Positions 1 through 15,000 of a stretch of DNA of 64,000 bases are shown here, piece by piece (positions within the stretch are counted from its first letter, which is position 1; every line of letters starts with the position of its first letter). Under the pieces are notes generated by a model. The model did no database searches, was not told the DNA's origin, and saw only the letters and a program-made list of their open reading frames with translations. The DNA is from Phoronis australis. Taxonomy: Eukaryota > Animalia > Phoronida. The translations under genes and the position numbers were made by a program. The DNA lies in assembly GCA_002633005.1 (NCBI GenBank), contig NMRA01000083.1:959161-1023160 (forward strand), given 5' to 3'.

Positions 1-3000
1 GTGATTAGGTAAGATCTAGCGAGAAATCTATCGCATACGAGATACATCATATTTCATCAGGCCGCTCTCTTCCGGAACTAAAAATTCAGACAATCAAGTA
101 CTATTGATAGAACATGCGCGCATCCAGCCTAAATTCTAGGGAGGCTCGAATGTTTTGGTATGTAGACCTTTTACTGAAAAAAGGCAACGAGGACTAAAAA
201 GAAACAAAAAAACGGGGTACTAAGTTCAGACCTATGAATTGTGCATTCGCGCCGAATTCCTGTGTGTACTTTCGTCTCGTTTTCTCGGACTTTTTTCTCT
301 GAGACGGACCTTTTTGCCCACTTCGCCAAATGGAGGGCTCGTTCAAGCCCGCCGAGCCCTCTCCCCTCCCCCCTCCCCTGGGTGTGCGCATGTAAAAGTG
401 TTGTTAATTAAGAGTTATTTATCAGAAAATTCACTACTGAGCTTTCAGTCGAAAAGTAGACGATTAGTTAGCCCGATCTGCCCGCAAGAGAAATCAGCTT
501 TGTATATAAGTTAAATGCAGTTCGGTTTCTGGCTGTATTAACTTCCTTATTTGAATGCCACATGAGTTGACTAGCCTTATAGGTGTCGCTTCAAATTTAA
601 GAAAGGCTGCAGAGAATACATAAAAAATACATCGTCTGTTTGTAATTTTGTTATTGTTCTGTACAAAGTAAATTATTCTAAGATCTCTGTAAGCTGTACA
701 GTGTGTAGGATATGTTTGCATCAGGACTTTGCATTCACTACAAACTTACGGTCAGCGCAGTTTTGGCGTAGAGTAAGCTTTTGGTGATGATGCCGTTAAC
801 AGATGGACGTCAATGTTGTTAAACGTAAAAGCTAGTTATATTGTTGAGGCCACCACTATGTGCCCTTGTTGGGAGTGCCAGGCGTGCTTACTCATTTCTG
901 ACCACTTGCAATTCAGAAAGCATTGGAATTGTGTTGAGACATGTTTATGGCTAAAACTGAGAATCTCCAAGACAACGCGCGTGCTAACTTCACAAGGCAG
1001 GTCATTCACTGCTCGTTCACTGGGCGACCGAATTGCATTTACATAAATGTAATAACCCAACCCCAAACCTGTTCTTAGCAGAGACTAGACCTTTCCGGTC
1101 GAATCTGGCTCATGGTTGGTCACAGAAATGACGTCGGGTAACTTATAGCCTGGCAGAAAAGGCGAACCCTCCCACCAAGGACAAATATCGGTCCCCTTCT
1201 CCTCTACACGTGAATTTCTAAATAATGAAGTTAATGCAGTTATAAACTTAGTGGAATTTTCGTATTCCATGAAGCCGACTGCGCGGTGCAGGCCGGAACG
1301 AGGCTAAAGCCAACACACTGATAATAGTCACAGTTATCTCCACATGTAATCAAATGCGGTATTTTTAGATGAAGAAAGCATTTCATTATCTTGTAATATC
1401 AGACGTCAAAAGCAATGCCAAGTATTAATTCATTGTTTCTGATAACTTTGTTCCATTTTTCTGCTTCTTTTACTCGAACTATTTATGAGAGGACTCACCA
1501 TGAAATGTCGATTTTTACGACAAGTTGTTTGGTATTTTTTGATGAGCCGATTCGTGGTCTCGCCGCCTGAACAAACTGTGCAACGTGAACTACTTTTAAT
1601 GAGCGCACCCCCACCGTTCGTTTGGCGAAGTGGGCAAAAAGGTCCGCCTCAGAGAAAACCAGAAAAAGTCCACTAAAAAGTAAAAACTACCAAAATTCGG
1701 CGACCGCACAATTCCCAGCTCTGAACGTACCTCGTTTTGTTTTGTTTTTTTTTTAGTAAAAGGTCCACATTTTCAAAAATTCGAGACCCCATTTTTAGGC
1801 TGGGTGCGCACATGCTTTTGCGCAGGTTTTTGTTTGCGATACGAGTAAGACAATGCACGTTATTGTGGGATTACGTAATAAATGAGCTTGTAAGACAAAT
1901 TCATTGTTGTGAGGTGCACCACGTACGTGTAATATTATATGGTTGCAGTTATTAAAACGTTTTGTTTGTTTGAAATGTAGGCGCGATTGCGTATCCACCT
2001 TCATAGGAAACAGTGGCGCAAGCGATTGCAACTACCAGCCATCGAACCCGTCTATCTACTACTATAATCCAAGAAAAAGAGAGTACATTTTTCATCAAAG
2101 TCTACAGGCTGTCGAAGACGGACGGTAAAGTTTCTAGCTCTCCATATAGTCTTGCAGTAGTCATGATACTGAGCACCTGTTCTAACACACGAAAAGCAGA
2201 AGTAGAATAAATGAGAAATAATGCATATTTGCACGACATCATGAATCGATAACGATATCGCTCTCCTCCTATTAATGGCACACTTGTTGTAGCTAAAAGT
2301 AGGCTACTTCTTTGCCGTTTCATTTCTAAGTTGTGTTGTTTCAGGAAATCGGCAGTTTTCGTCAGTCAAGACACTCACTACCTTGTGATCGCAAGTCTAG
2401 AAGTTTACAATGACGTCACAGGCTCATTCTCGTCGTCTGAGGACGCCAACACCACTGTATACAGATTTGACAAGTCGACAGGTTTGTGAGTCGCACTTCA
2501 TTGAAGCTACCAACTCGCATTGCAGGTTTGCAATGATCGAAAATTAAGGTCTCGCTGAATACAAGAATGGATGCCATTTAGCAACTATCAAGAAATTGAA
2601 CCCAGTTACGCAGTGCGACGTACCCAGTAGGTCTAGCTTACGCTACCTTACGATGTGAATACACAGGCCTACTATGGCGGGCCGTTGAGGGGAAAGTGTC
2701 GCCGTAAAGTTACGCTTGTAATTACAAGCGTAAATTAAATTGCAGGAGTGTCGCCGTACAATTACGCCCGTAAATTAAATGGGGGAAATGTCGCCGTAAA
2801 TTACGCTGGTAAAATACCTTCAGAACGTTCCAAATTTAAACCAATCAGTGATGACCTAACATATCCGACTGTTGCTGGGCAGCTCGTTCTTGCACAATCG
2901 CTGACATGGCAGCAGCGATTTGATCCGCCATGATTCAGCGCTCGTATCGTAGACATGAAATCCGTCAGTAAATAAGTAATTCTATGAGCCCACGCGATTT

Positions 3001-6000
3001 TGGATTGTAAAACCCAACGTCATTGGCTAAAAGTTTAAACTAAATTACGAGCGTAATTTTACGCCGTAAAGAATTAATTTACGCTCGTAATTTTACGGCG
3101 TAATTAACGGCGTAAATAACGGCGTAATGTACACAATTACGCTCGTATTTTCCCGGCGACACTTTCCCCCCAACGGCCCATCATAGCCTACGAGGCAATA
3201 CGCCGAGCAACGTAACGTGGATGCCAAAATTTAAAACGTCTTTTTCGCGTGCTTTGGGCGTTGAGCACTAGGCGCGGAAAATATGCATTTTTATGCAAAT
3301 CTACGCTAGGCTACGCAATACTGCATTCCTATACACGACGGAGAAGCCAGCTTATGGATCACCTACTCAGTGACTAGGTCGATCCTGCAGGGCAACAGCA
3401 ATGTTTTTCACACACGTGAGTAAGCTGCCTCTGGCTAACGTCAGCTCACTCAGCAAGCCAAACATCGCAGGCGCGGTCTGAAAGGGGTATAACGTGAAAG
3501 GTTGTGGAAACAGAAACGAACAAATATGCCGCTTACTACGAATCCACGCAACTCTGGGCTTATGAAATGTTTGACTAATCGATCAGTGTCATTCAAATTG
3601 CCTATCATAAAAGTTGCGCTTGATTCACTTCGTCTGCCACCAGTGTCAAATCGGCTGAGACCTCTGATTTTACTTGTCATTATCGGGTTAATTTTGTTTC
3701 AAATTTTGTTTCAAATTTCATTCATAAGACGTCCGAGCCATGACTCTGTAAACAGCAAAAATGAAAAATGACAGTCACAGCAACCCATTGCTTTCACGTT
3801 GTTGAAACGGTACATGTTCATTTCATGTCAATCGGACAAGAATCAAGAATTACGATCTATCACCTTAAGGCAAAGTAACAAAGGAACAAAAATAAAAAAC
3901 AGCGCTGGATTCATTCTCAAAATAAGATTAGTCGAACACGATATGGTATACGAAAATCGACGTTTGTAGACCCTCCTGAAATTGAATTTGACGTCGTATA
4001 CGAGAATCGCACGGTATACACACACACACACANNNNNNNNNNNNNNNNNNNNNNNNNNNNNNNNNNNNNNNNNNNNNNNNNNNNNNNNNNNNNNNNNNNN
4101 NNNNNNNNNNNNNNNNNNNNNNNNNNNNNNNNNNNNNNNNNNNNNNNNNNNNNNNNNNNNNNNNNNNNNNNNNNNNNNNNNNNNNNNNNNNNNNNNNNNN
4201 NNNNNNNNNNNNNNNNNNNNNNNNNNNNNNNNNNNNNNNNNNNNNNNNNNNNNNNNNNNNNNNNNNNNNNNNNNNNNNNNNNNNNNNNNNNNNNNNNNNN
4301 NNNNNNNNNNNNNNNNNNNNNNNNNNNNNNNNGTGCACGTTTATATGTATATTCCACTGGGGTTGAATGAGATTGTACGTGTTTAATCCCGTTTCGACGC
4401 GTGGTGTCACGGGTCAATCATCCGACATGCGGGCGATTCAGTACCTCGCGTGCCTGCTAATGTCACAAGGACTAATGGCGTTTTGGTACCCGTACACAGA
4501 GCCCGTTTTTATTCTAGTCCGAACCATCTACTCTTCGTCTACTGTAACCGTGAATTCACGTACTGTACTGTCTATTTCATCTACAGGTCTGTTTGCGTTA
4601 CATCAAACCCTATCCCACTCTCAGATTGGTGGCCTCTGCATCCATCGGTCAGACTTGGGCGCTATCTACCTGGGTTTGGCACACACCAACAACACCCACA
4701 AGTCAATAATTTACACTTGGAACGAAGACAGCCGGACGTTTGATAATCCCGCACATTTTGATGTAAGTAAACTTCTCAAAATTTATTTGCAAGTCAAGAA
4801 CATCTTGCAAAATTAAAGCAACTAAGGATCCGAGTTCCGAAAAAAGAAACTAAATTCTGATTTAGACCACTTACCACCAAATAATAATCTCAGTGGTTTC
4901 TGTGCTATTGAATTCGTTATGAGACCGCGCTCGGAGCATAAAATGACCCGCCCTTATAGAGCTAACTTGGAGAGCCTGGTATTAACCAATAAAGAACCTG
5001 AGTTCTTTAAATCCCAAAAGTCACCCCTAATATGATCAAGGAATGATTTTATGCCAATTTCATAACGTTATTCGGTCTAAATAAAATGTTTTTGTGACTA
5101 TGGATCCGCCTTTTGTCAAAAAACGACTTTTGATTAGAACCGCATACGGCCATGAAAGTGGTGTGAACTTGTTTCTTCTGGAGGTAGAAGTGATTTCTCG
5201 GATCCAGGAAACTGACAGTCCTTTATCACCTTGACTAGGCTCAATAACTTGACTTGACACAGCGAATGTACCTAAAGCAATAATAGTGTGTAGTTAGTGA
5301 GACTGGTCACAAGACCGAACATTATGTGATAGTGATAACGAATTACTCAGTCTACCTGCTGTGCGTGAATTTGGAATCCTGTTTAATCTCAAGATCGCGT
5401 ATGCGTGAACTTGGAATTTTTTATTCATTGTAAAGAATTTTTTGTAATTATTGGCCTCGTGACCACCCATTTCCTCTTTTACCGTAACTTGTGTCAAAGG
5501 AGCGGAGAAATATGTGAATGGTTAAATCAAGTTTTGTTTGGTAAATAAGATCGCCAATTGTAGAAAAAAAGATTGGTTGAAATTTTCGTTATTTTATCAT
5601 TGTGTAATTTAATTTGGTACAGTGCAAACTTTTAACAACGTGAACATGGTTAATTGAGTAAGCTAGACAAGTTTCCTCGTGTATTTCAAGTTCGCGTATG
5701 CGCGATCTTGAAATTAAGCAAGATTCTAAGTTCACGCACTGCATGCCAACGCCTCGTTTCACGTGAGTGTCACATGGTGACTCTAGTTGGTAAATAGGCC
5801 ATAGTGTTGTGGCGCATAAAACGAGGTGCTGTGTAGAAGCCAGCTTATTGAGCCTGGTCTCAATGCTAGAGCTGACGTTACTTCTAATTTTAGTAAGGAA
5901 CAAGCTGGGACTAGTAACGGCAAGTTGCCTTATTTTTAACAGCAGAGAGGTTTATAGCAGCAAACTTACGTTTGCAAATGCTGATGACACAATTTTGTGA

Positions 6001-9000
6001 AAGTGTGGATTGTAAGAACATTTTCGCATTAACTTAAAACTTTAAACAATAATACCAAGTGTTTAAAATAATCGTTTTAATGAATGTTTTAGATCTCCAG
6101 TTCGTTGGACTGCGCTATGTTCGATGAAGGCGGAACAACCTATGCCTACTTTACATCAGTAGCAGATGACATCACTATTGAGGAAGCAAACTTCGCAGCA
6201 TCCCAACAACTTTTCCGAAAAGACTTAGATTCAAGCTTTACAAGCGGTGAACCTCTTCACTCATAAATCCTGTCTGAAAAGTCAGACATTTTGAGACTCA
6301 CCTACAAAAACTTTTCATAAATAGACAGTTATGCGATACTCAAAATTATCAAAGTTTACTTCTTTTATACGTGTAGTATTATCAGGGTCAAATTTCGTCA
6401 TCTGCCCAAGTTTCCCACATACTGGTGATAAAGTACGGGGAAACCTCATCAAAAACCAAAGAATGCATGACTTCAAAATATAGTTTTCAACTGTTAATTA
6501 GCAGTAACAATTAACACCCATCTTTTTATCCAAACGCATAAATCTAGGGAGGGTGAAGGTCTGGTTAAGAGCTGGAAGGCATCGATAAGATTATTAAGAT
6601 TTGAGTGAACGTTGCGCCATTGTCGCAAAACGCGTATGAATTTAAACATAAACGTTCAGATAACACTTATTGCTTGCGTTCTTTTTTCAGTATTCTTTTC
6701 ATTGAAATTGATTTCAGAATTAACGGGGGCTCAATTTCAATACCCATACTTGATATATTTTTTCAGATCAATCTGCTTTGAACGTATTTCATCCCCTTGG
6801 CTTAGAAAATGGCGCTATTCCTAACTCAGCCATGTCGGCTAGTTCAGTGTACAACAACGTTGACTATGCCCACTTAGGTCGGTTGAACGCCAACTTGGGC
6901 TGGGCAGCGGCTTCATTCATTGACCAATGGCTGCAGATAAATCTGGACAGAGAGTACGTTATCTCTATGGTTGCTACACAGGTAGGATGTAGAATTGAAT
7001 GGTTTTCCTACACTGTTTGCTCACTTTTGATGTTCGTTGAGAATTGATGAAAGTGTAAGATTGAAAACATACATGTATACTTTTATCACGGTGCTGTTTG
7101 GACAAGGAAAACATCAACATTGTAGTCCCAGTTAAGTATTGCTTCCTCAAACTTGAGTCCGCGAATCAACTACTGCTGATGGCAAATATTTTGAAGTATT
7201 AGAACTGAAAATATATTTGAAAGTTATTTCTGTATGTTGTATAAGTTGTAAGAGGGCCATATCTTCAAGACTGCCTAAGAGTTGATATCTGTAGTAGCAG
7301 ATTTGTTGAATACTGATTCCAGTCACAAAGATATGGGCACTCTACCCAAGTCAATAAGCAACTTTGTATTGGTACTAGAGAGCAGATTTACAACACTTCC
7401 GATACTTCGTTAACATCGGCATTGACAATTCAATACTAAGTGATGATTGTCACGTGTGTTAATAGCCATTAAGAGCACTAACCTACGCTTTGGAGTCTGA
7501 ACGCAGCAGCATGTTGTCTTAGGTGAAGGTCAATAACTATTCTCTTTCAAAACAAAGTCAGTTGACTGTTTTTATCGATTTATCACTCAGTTGGAAGACC
7601 GGTGAACCGAAATGAAATTGATAATACTGAAAGTGCTCTGAGAAAGCGTAAGTACCTTCGCCAATTAAATTTAGCCACACTTGGGCGTCGAGTACCATTC
7701 TTTCCCAATGCTATGGAGTGTAGCGTTGTGGTAGGACTATATAACCACAGGCGTCCTCAGCTTCTGATGGTCCCCAATACACTATATAGAATACTACAAG
7801 GTACGACACTCCGGACTAGACATTTCACGGGTGCTTCACTTCAGTCGTCCATAGCAAACATAAAACTCAATAAATTTACACAACGCAGGAGTTTAACAAA
7901 CCATGAGGAATTTTAAATTTCGCCAAATACCATTTACGGCGTCGTGCTCCACCGAGTTCGCAAGAAATTCGCGGTCAAAGCACAAAAATATTCCCAAAAA
8001 GCCCGTCCAGAGCAACTCCCGTGTCCTACGCGAAGGTCAAGGACGGTACGGAATTATCCGGTGAGTTAATAGACAGATTTTCGGACTTTCAGCGTTAGGC
8101 ATCGTGAAACGTACTAAGCCATCGGTAGACTGATTTTTAGTCGAAAGCCAAAGAGATCAAAGGCAAGATTCTTCAAAAATCAGGCTCTAGGGGTCTGTTT
8201 CATGTGAAGTGACGGAAGTTTGGTCTAATGCTCCCACTTGACAGTTATCAAATAAAGGTTTAATCACCGCCTGATATAACCTGTACAAGAGGTATGGGTA
8301 TATTCTAAGACATTTTATTCTTTTCTAAAGTGAGTTTCAGTTATTTTTTAGAAATTAATAGGTATGTGGAGCGTAAGACCATATTTCTGTCATACTGTAC
8401 GTCTTTTAAAACTCACTTTCATGAAACAGTCCTCAGGTGGCGAGACCGTGTCGTCCATGAATCGGCTTAAAAAGAACTGCCTAGCAAAATGCCGGTGAAA
8501 TCAACGATATTTCATGAGTCCGTCAAAAATAGTTCAACAACACGATAATTTACGATGAAAAAAGCAGAAAAAGTTTTCAAAACCAGAAATGGCAGTGCAT
8601 GTAGGCCTAATGACCGATATCACAAGATAAGGCCATGCTTTTTCGCCAGAAAATGGTACGTGTACGTCTAGTTAATGAAGCATTATCTGACTGGATCTAA
8701 GTAAGATGATACGTTAGTGTTGACTTACGAAATAGATATCTCTTTCCCCGATTCCAACTGTGGGCCTGGCCACCACTTCATGAACTTCTTTTGAACACAA
8801 GAGTGCCAACATGACCTTGATTAGTCAAAGTGGAACAGAAGAGGTCATGCCATGGGTGAATTATGACGAATACGCAGTTGTCTCCAGAAAAAAAGACTTT
8901 CAGTTGTCACGTGCCTATGCTCTGTTTCACCAGAAATGCTAGAGGTGTCACATTTTGTGTGTTCATCGAAGATCGTGACTTACATATCTATTTCTTAGAA

Positions 9001-12000
9001 ACCAGTTTGAAATGAGAATGTAAAGAACATTCCATTAGACAGATAGAACTGGATGCCACAGTCTTGCGCATCTATCAATAGTCTTGACTTTTGTTTCAGG
9101 GAAGGACCTGTTGTGATCAGTGGCTTAAAACATATGAAATTCACTTTTCAAACGACGTCATCAACTTTCAATGTTATAAAGAAACGAACTCGTCAAGCTG
9201 TAAGGTAAGAATGAGCGATCCATAGACTGAAATACCACAAACATCTCTTCGAGTCTCCACTGGTATGAGAGTGTGCTGGTGGTTTGGAACACGTTTTGTA
9301 GTGTAGCGTTTGCTGTTACAGAGTAACGCATGAAAATGTAACAGGATTAACGTAGATTCATCAGATAAAATTCAGTTAAAAGTGCCAGACTTTATTTTTG
9401 ATGAAGGAATTGCCTCGTAAGAGCACTTTGATGGGATAGTTGAACAAAGACGCCAGTTCTTTAGATTTGCCAATTTCAATTTGAAAAGTCATGCATTCGA
9501 GTCAAAATCTTTATCAGTTTGTATCTGTACAGGTGTTTCCAAATTTTGAGCGGATTTTCTATGAGCATAGTTTTCATGCACGTGTTAGGTTTCAGTGTTG
9601 TAGTTTACTGGCTTGTCTCGAGGGCATGTCTGTTACCTTCATGTTGTTGACGTGACAGCATACCACAAGATATGACTATTACCAGACATATTTGAAGTAC
9701 AGATAAAAATATGATTGGCATGCTGTGCGTTTGTGGTATTTTTTTCTGTAAATCAAAATATCTTTTCTTGAAATGTGGATCTTTATCCATCCAGGAAAGT
9801 TCACAATCAAAGAAAATTAAATCTGTTCAGCTGAACTACGTGATTATGTAAAACATTTTCAGTAAGAAAATTGTAAATATAAATTTCAATTTAAAGAATT
9901 ATATTTAAATATAAGTCACAGTGCAGTGAACCTGCACATTATTTGGTTTTTTATTTAGTCCAGGCTTTTGACGTCAATTGTATTGGTAGAAGTTATAGCG
10001 TTTTAAAGGGGTACTAAATCCTGTGTCATAAAATGAATTGTGTAGTTCGAGGTGGACCGTTCTTTCCCACAGCTGTCGTTAACCTGGCCAAAGTGTTAAT
10101 ACACACTTGCTGATTTCAGCATGCAGACTATGTAAGCAGTGTTAGAACTTGCTCCGAAATTTTGAAAATTGACGATGGCATTTAAGCATAAGATTTAAAA
10201 GTATACTTATTAGGTTGAGCATAAAAGATTTATGTTTTGCGATGCTCTTATTATGAAAGACGAATCTTCTCAGACAAAGCACGACAGCTGCCTAACACTA
10301 TGTTCAATAAATAGACGGACATAATTGATTTTCTGATGACGTCATTCTCAGACCACCAACTCAAACAGGCATTTTGTGCCGAACTATGTTTAGACGGTTC
10401 CATTGTCTCTGTAACTGACTACTGGGTGGTGACGAATATGTCAGCAAGTGTGTTTGTCCGTCATATTTGTCGTGTGTAATTTATTTTTGATATTGCCTTA
10501 AATTTTGCTTGACACTAATGTCAGCGGAAAGTCCCGTATTTTTATTCAGATGCCACAGTATTGTGAGTGAACCAGCGGAATAAATTTTGAATACTGTTTC
10601 AAGCTTTACATATTTGTTGACTGATAAGTTGGGAAAGTCCTCTGGAACGTACCCTTAAATCATTTGGCCATGTTTAATATCTTTTACTGAACGAGTGTTT
10701 AGTATTTGTTAAGTACATACATAATGCCTTTCAGCAATCGTTTTCCATCATTTTATGTGCTTTCTTTTTTGCTGTTGCTGGACAATATTCTACGCCTGAA
10801 CTGCATTCCGTAGACGCAAGGTACGCGCAAGTGAAAGCAGGCGTGATCACGTGTTTCGCGAGTAATATATGGTGATATCTCGCGTAGACTAGCGTGTTCT
10901 CGCTTTTCTGCCATCTGTGGATAGTAGCGCCGGTGTATTGTTGAGCATTTGATACCACAATTGAATCATGTTGAATGGACTTAAATCTTACATTATCTCA
11001 ACAGTTGTTTAACGGGAACTTCGACAGAACGACGGTGGTTTCGAACGTCTTGATTAGACGAATGGCGGCTCGCTCTGTGCGATTCTATCCCAAGTCATGG
11101 ATGGGGTGGGTGGTTTTGAGAGCGGAATTGTATGGGTATACAGCAGAACACAAATGTAAGTTCTCGTATGTTAAATGTGTGCGTGCGTGCGTGCGTGCGT
11201 ACGTACGTGCGTGTAGTGTGAGCGCGCGCGCGTGTGTGTGTGCGTGTGTGTGTGTGTGTGGGTGTGTGGGTGTCTGCGTGCGTGCATGTGTTCGTGTACC
11301 AGTAAGTTACGCACGTTCTCTTTGGCGGCGCGGTATTTTAAGCAGGCCCACTTTTTAAAATTTCTTGCTGGGTGTAGTGTTAGCACTCATTTGAAAAGCG
11401 CTTAACTATACAGTGCCGTTAAAATGTCCAAGAAAATTTGGTTTGCAACGATTTTTCATAGACAAACACATTTAAATTTTTAAATTGAAAAAGATAGATT
11501 TAGTGTTTTCCCCTCAGTATTCATCCTTTAAGGGTACAGTGTTATGGCGTCTGCTGCGAAAAAAAATATTTACGCGCTCAATAGCCAAACATACCAAAGC
11601 TGATCTATGTGGGAAATTGAAGTGGTTCAATGGTTTGTGCATGGCTTGACTTCTTCTCCATTATTAGAAAATTAGATTGAATGGCGTTTAAAATCAATTT
11701 TAAGTGCAGTTTCAGCTAAAAGTTTAGTTTTAGTGCTTCCACGTTTTTTTCTAACTTTTAGATTTAAATTAGTCATTACCAAAATGCACGAATATGTATT
11801 TTTGCAATATACAGTACGCATACTTATGTTCCGTGTCCAGTGGGCAAGGCAGCGACAAGCTCATTCCACGCCGGGCGCCACTAACACTTCAGTCGACCGG
11901 CCACCAATTGTTACTCCCCTTCGTCACCAATTTCCCCTCTCCCTTTGTGTAAATAGACCAACAGCTTTTAGAGGTGTTGCTACCCGGTGTTTCATCGCCA

Positions 12001-15000
12001 CATAAAAGCCATAAATGTTTTCGATAACCACTAGCTCGAAAACATTTACAAAAATAGCCTCTGGTTTCAAAACTGGTCAAGAATCCGATGGTCAGGCCAT
12101 CTTATTTTAAGGTTGTTAATATTTCAAAAATTGCACATTTTCTTTTAAAAACTCTTTTTCTTCCAAAAATTCCTTTTGAAACTACCAACTTGTAACAAAT
12201 CATGAAATGCTCTTTCTGAAAGACACACAAAGTGTATATAAAGGACTTGGGAAGCGGAACTTTTTTACCCAAATTGTTAGTATTGTGTGCCGTTTCTTTT
12301 AATGTTACAGACGTGCTAACGGGTGGAAGTCCTCTTGGCCTAGAACAGGGTACAATCCCTGTGAGTTCCATCTACGCTACCACGGTGCATAGTTCTTCAA
12401 CATGCGCTTTAACTTACTTCCCCTTGAATAAAGGAGGCGCGTGGTGTCCTAGTACCACCACTGACCCCAGTGACTATGTCCAGGTGGACCTGGGTCAGTT
12501 GTACTACGTAACAAAGACTGCAACTCAGGTAGGTTCACTGTTGAAGACCCGTAGCCGGGGGGGCGGGGTGGGTTTGGGGAGTTCGATCAAACCCACCACG
12601 GAAATGGACAACTCTAACCTACATGTACTCGTACCGGTAAGTGCACTTGAACAACATCAAAAACCGATGTCCAGGTATGCGTTCCCATTCTTTTGAATTC
12701 AGCATACGTAACGCTACAGCTCCTGTTGCTAAAAAAAAGAAGTTTAGCCTTGTTTGCTTTCAGAAAACCCCGACGTGGGCAAGGTTGCCTGTTCACAGTA
12801 TTCTGAAACAAAAAGGCCTAGGTCTATTAACAAATCTTAGGTCAATGAAAAAGCCTGCTCATGTTGATAGTAAACCACTGCCATTGGTGCACGACTTCGC
12901 AGACTCCATACGAGCTAAAAACTCGATGGAAGAGTTCCAACGCCAGAAATTCTATGAAGGGCATTGACGGTGTCCTAGACCGACGGTAAGGTGAAAGACA
13001 AAGGAAAGCAGGCATAATCCCAAGGCTATAGCTAAAATGATTCTTTATTGCAGTTGTCACTGTACTGCGTTGACAGATGATTCCGAAAGTTTGACAGAAG
13101 ACAACGGCAATCCAGGAACTTTTCTTGCCGTTTTGAAACGATTGAGTATACCTTAGACAGTACCATCGTCTCAACTGTACTGGAGCCAGTTCAGACGGTG
13201 GTACTGTCTAAGAATACCTATAATGAAACACCTACAGCATTTGGAAATAAATAATAACATATATACTTTGCCTTAAATAAAAGTCATCGAGATCATAAGA
13301 AAACACGTCATACATGTCGATATCGTGAAGTAAATAAAATATGCACTCAAATTTCATTCCGTTATTGTTGACGAGGTTAAGTCCAACAATAAAAACTCGT
13401 GCCTTTGCCCATACGATTTGGAGATGCTGACGACAACATTCCAGAAGAGTTGCTAGAAATCTCAGTTTTCGCGATCTTGCGAGGATAACGTAGCTGAATG
13501 CATTACGGGCACCTTGGATAGGCTCGGTATCGACATTGCCTACTGCAGAGGGAAAGGACATTATGGCGCGGCAAATAAGAGGGCTGACAAGGTTTGCGTC
13601 CAAGTAATCCGACGCAAGCGCTCTCTTTTAGCCTCACACTCACATTGCTGCGGACATTTCCTAAAGCTAGTGATGGCCGGTTCGGGCTCGATGCACGAAA
13701 TGAGAAACACCTTGCCAACAAAGTAAAATACGTTGTCTACTTTTTGATGAGCACTCTAAAGAGAGAACATCTCTTACATCAAGTTCTTAGAAACAAATAT
13801 CTCGAATCTGTAAAAATGCTCCTCGCTGTTGTGTGCCGTAGCCGGTGGGGGCAAGTCACCATGTTTACACGTTCGTGTGTGTAGGTATGAGTGGAGACAG
13901 ATTGTCATACGGGCGCTGATGCATGTCCACTACAACAGAGAGATATTTATTGACAGTGTTTTGATAAGATAGATCCCAGGAGGATAAAATTTGGAAGCGT
14001 ATTATCCTAATGCGAATCTCGTCGTTTCAATGCGTTAAGTATTGAAAGTGAACAGCATGTACATGCACTGTAACCTTGTCTCTTTTTGCGTTTTAATTTA
14101 AGGAAAACAAGGTATTGAAAACTTATTGAGTTGTTCACTGTTTACCTCTTTAGGGGCGCTCTCGAAAATGATACGGGGTCGACGCCTATTTCTGCGAAAT
14201 ATCATCAAAAAGTCCACTGGCTTAGAAATTCGAACCACCCCTTGCGTAAACCTGGCTACGGACCCGGAAGTGATTGTCAGAATCGATATCTGACCAAAAA
14301 TTAAAGTCTGAAAGATTGGAGGTTATGTTCAGTTGATAATCACAAGACAGTTCACGAACTTTTCCAACCAAAAAGAAGCAAACGTATTTTGCTAGTTCAC
14401 TGACATTTAATCCAACCTTTTTCTTTTTGTTCCGGCCAACATGAAGATGCTTTGAACCTGCTTCTACCACAAATGATATCAACTTCTTCTTTACACAGAG
14501 TTGAAGTATTTCTTCGGGCTTTGAAAGGGCTGTCTGTTCTTTATAGCTTGAACATATGCTCTCCGGATGAAGTAACACACTGGGTTAAGCCAACTTAGTT
14601 GAGGAGACAGTAGCCTAGCCGGATAAGTGTCCGCTTTTTTTAGTCAAGGTCGTGGGTCCGAGTCCCACTGGGGCACACTGCTAGACAGGTCTCTAGCTCC
14701 TCAGCTCGATTTTAAGTATGTAGTAACATAGCATAAAAATGGTTCCACGTGATCAATTCAATTGACCTAATTCACGCCGACAGGAGGAGATTCGGAAGCG
14801 TTGGGTCGTTGTCATACGCCGCGACAAAATATGTCCATGTAAAATTCATAAATGTTTTCGAAAAGGTAGATCATATTTTGTAGCATCACGGTTGCAGAGC
14901 ATCAAAGAAACGTCTGGAGAATCTTCGGCCAGCCAGGCTGTTTTTTCATGATTACGTGTTGAAAGATGATGCTTTTTTCCAAAAAGGACAGTGCCCTCCA

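Noticed and set aside
3917-4417. ORFs of 134-166 aa
   Set aside because: They are open only because they cross the 300-N gap.
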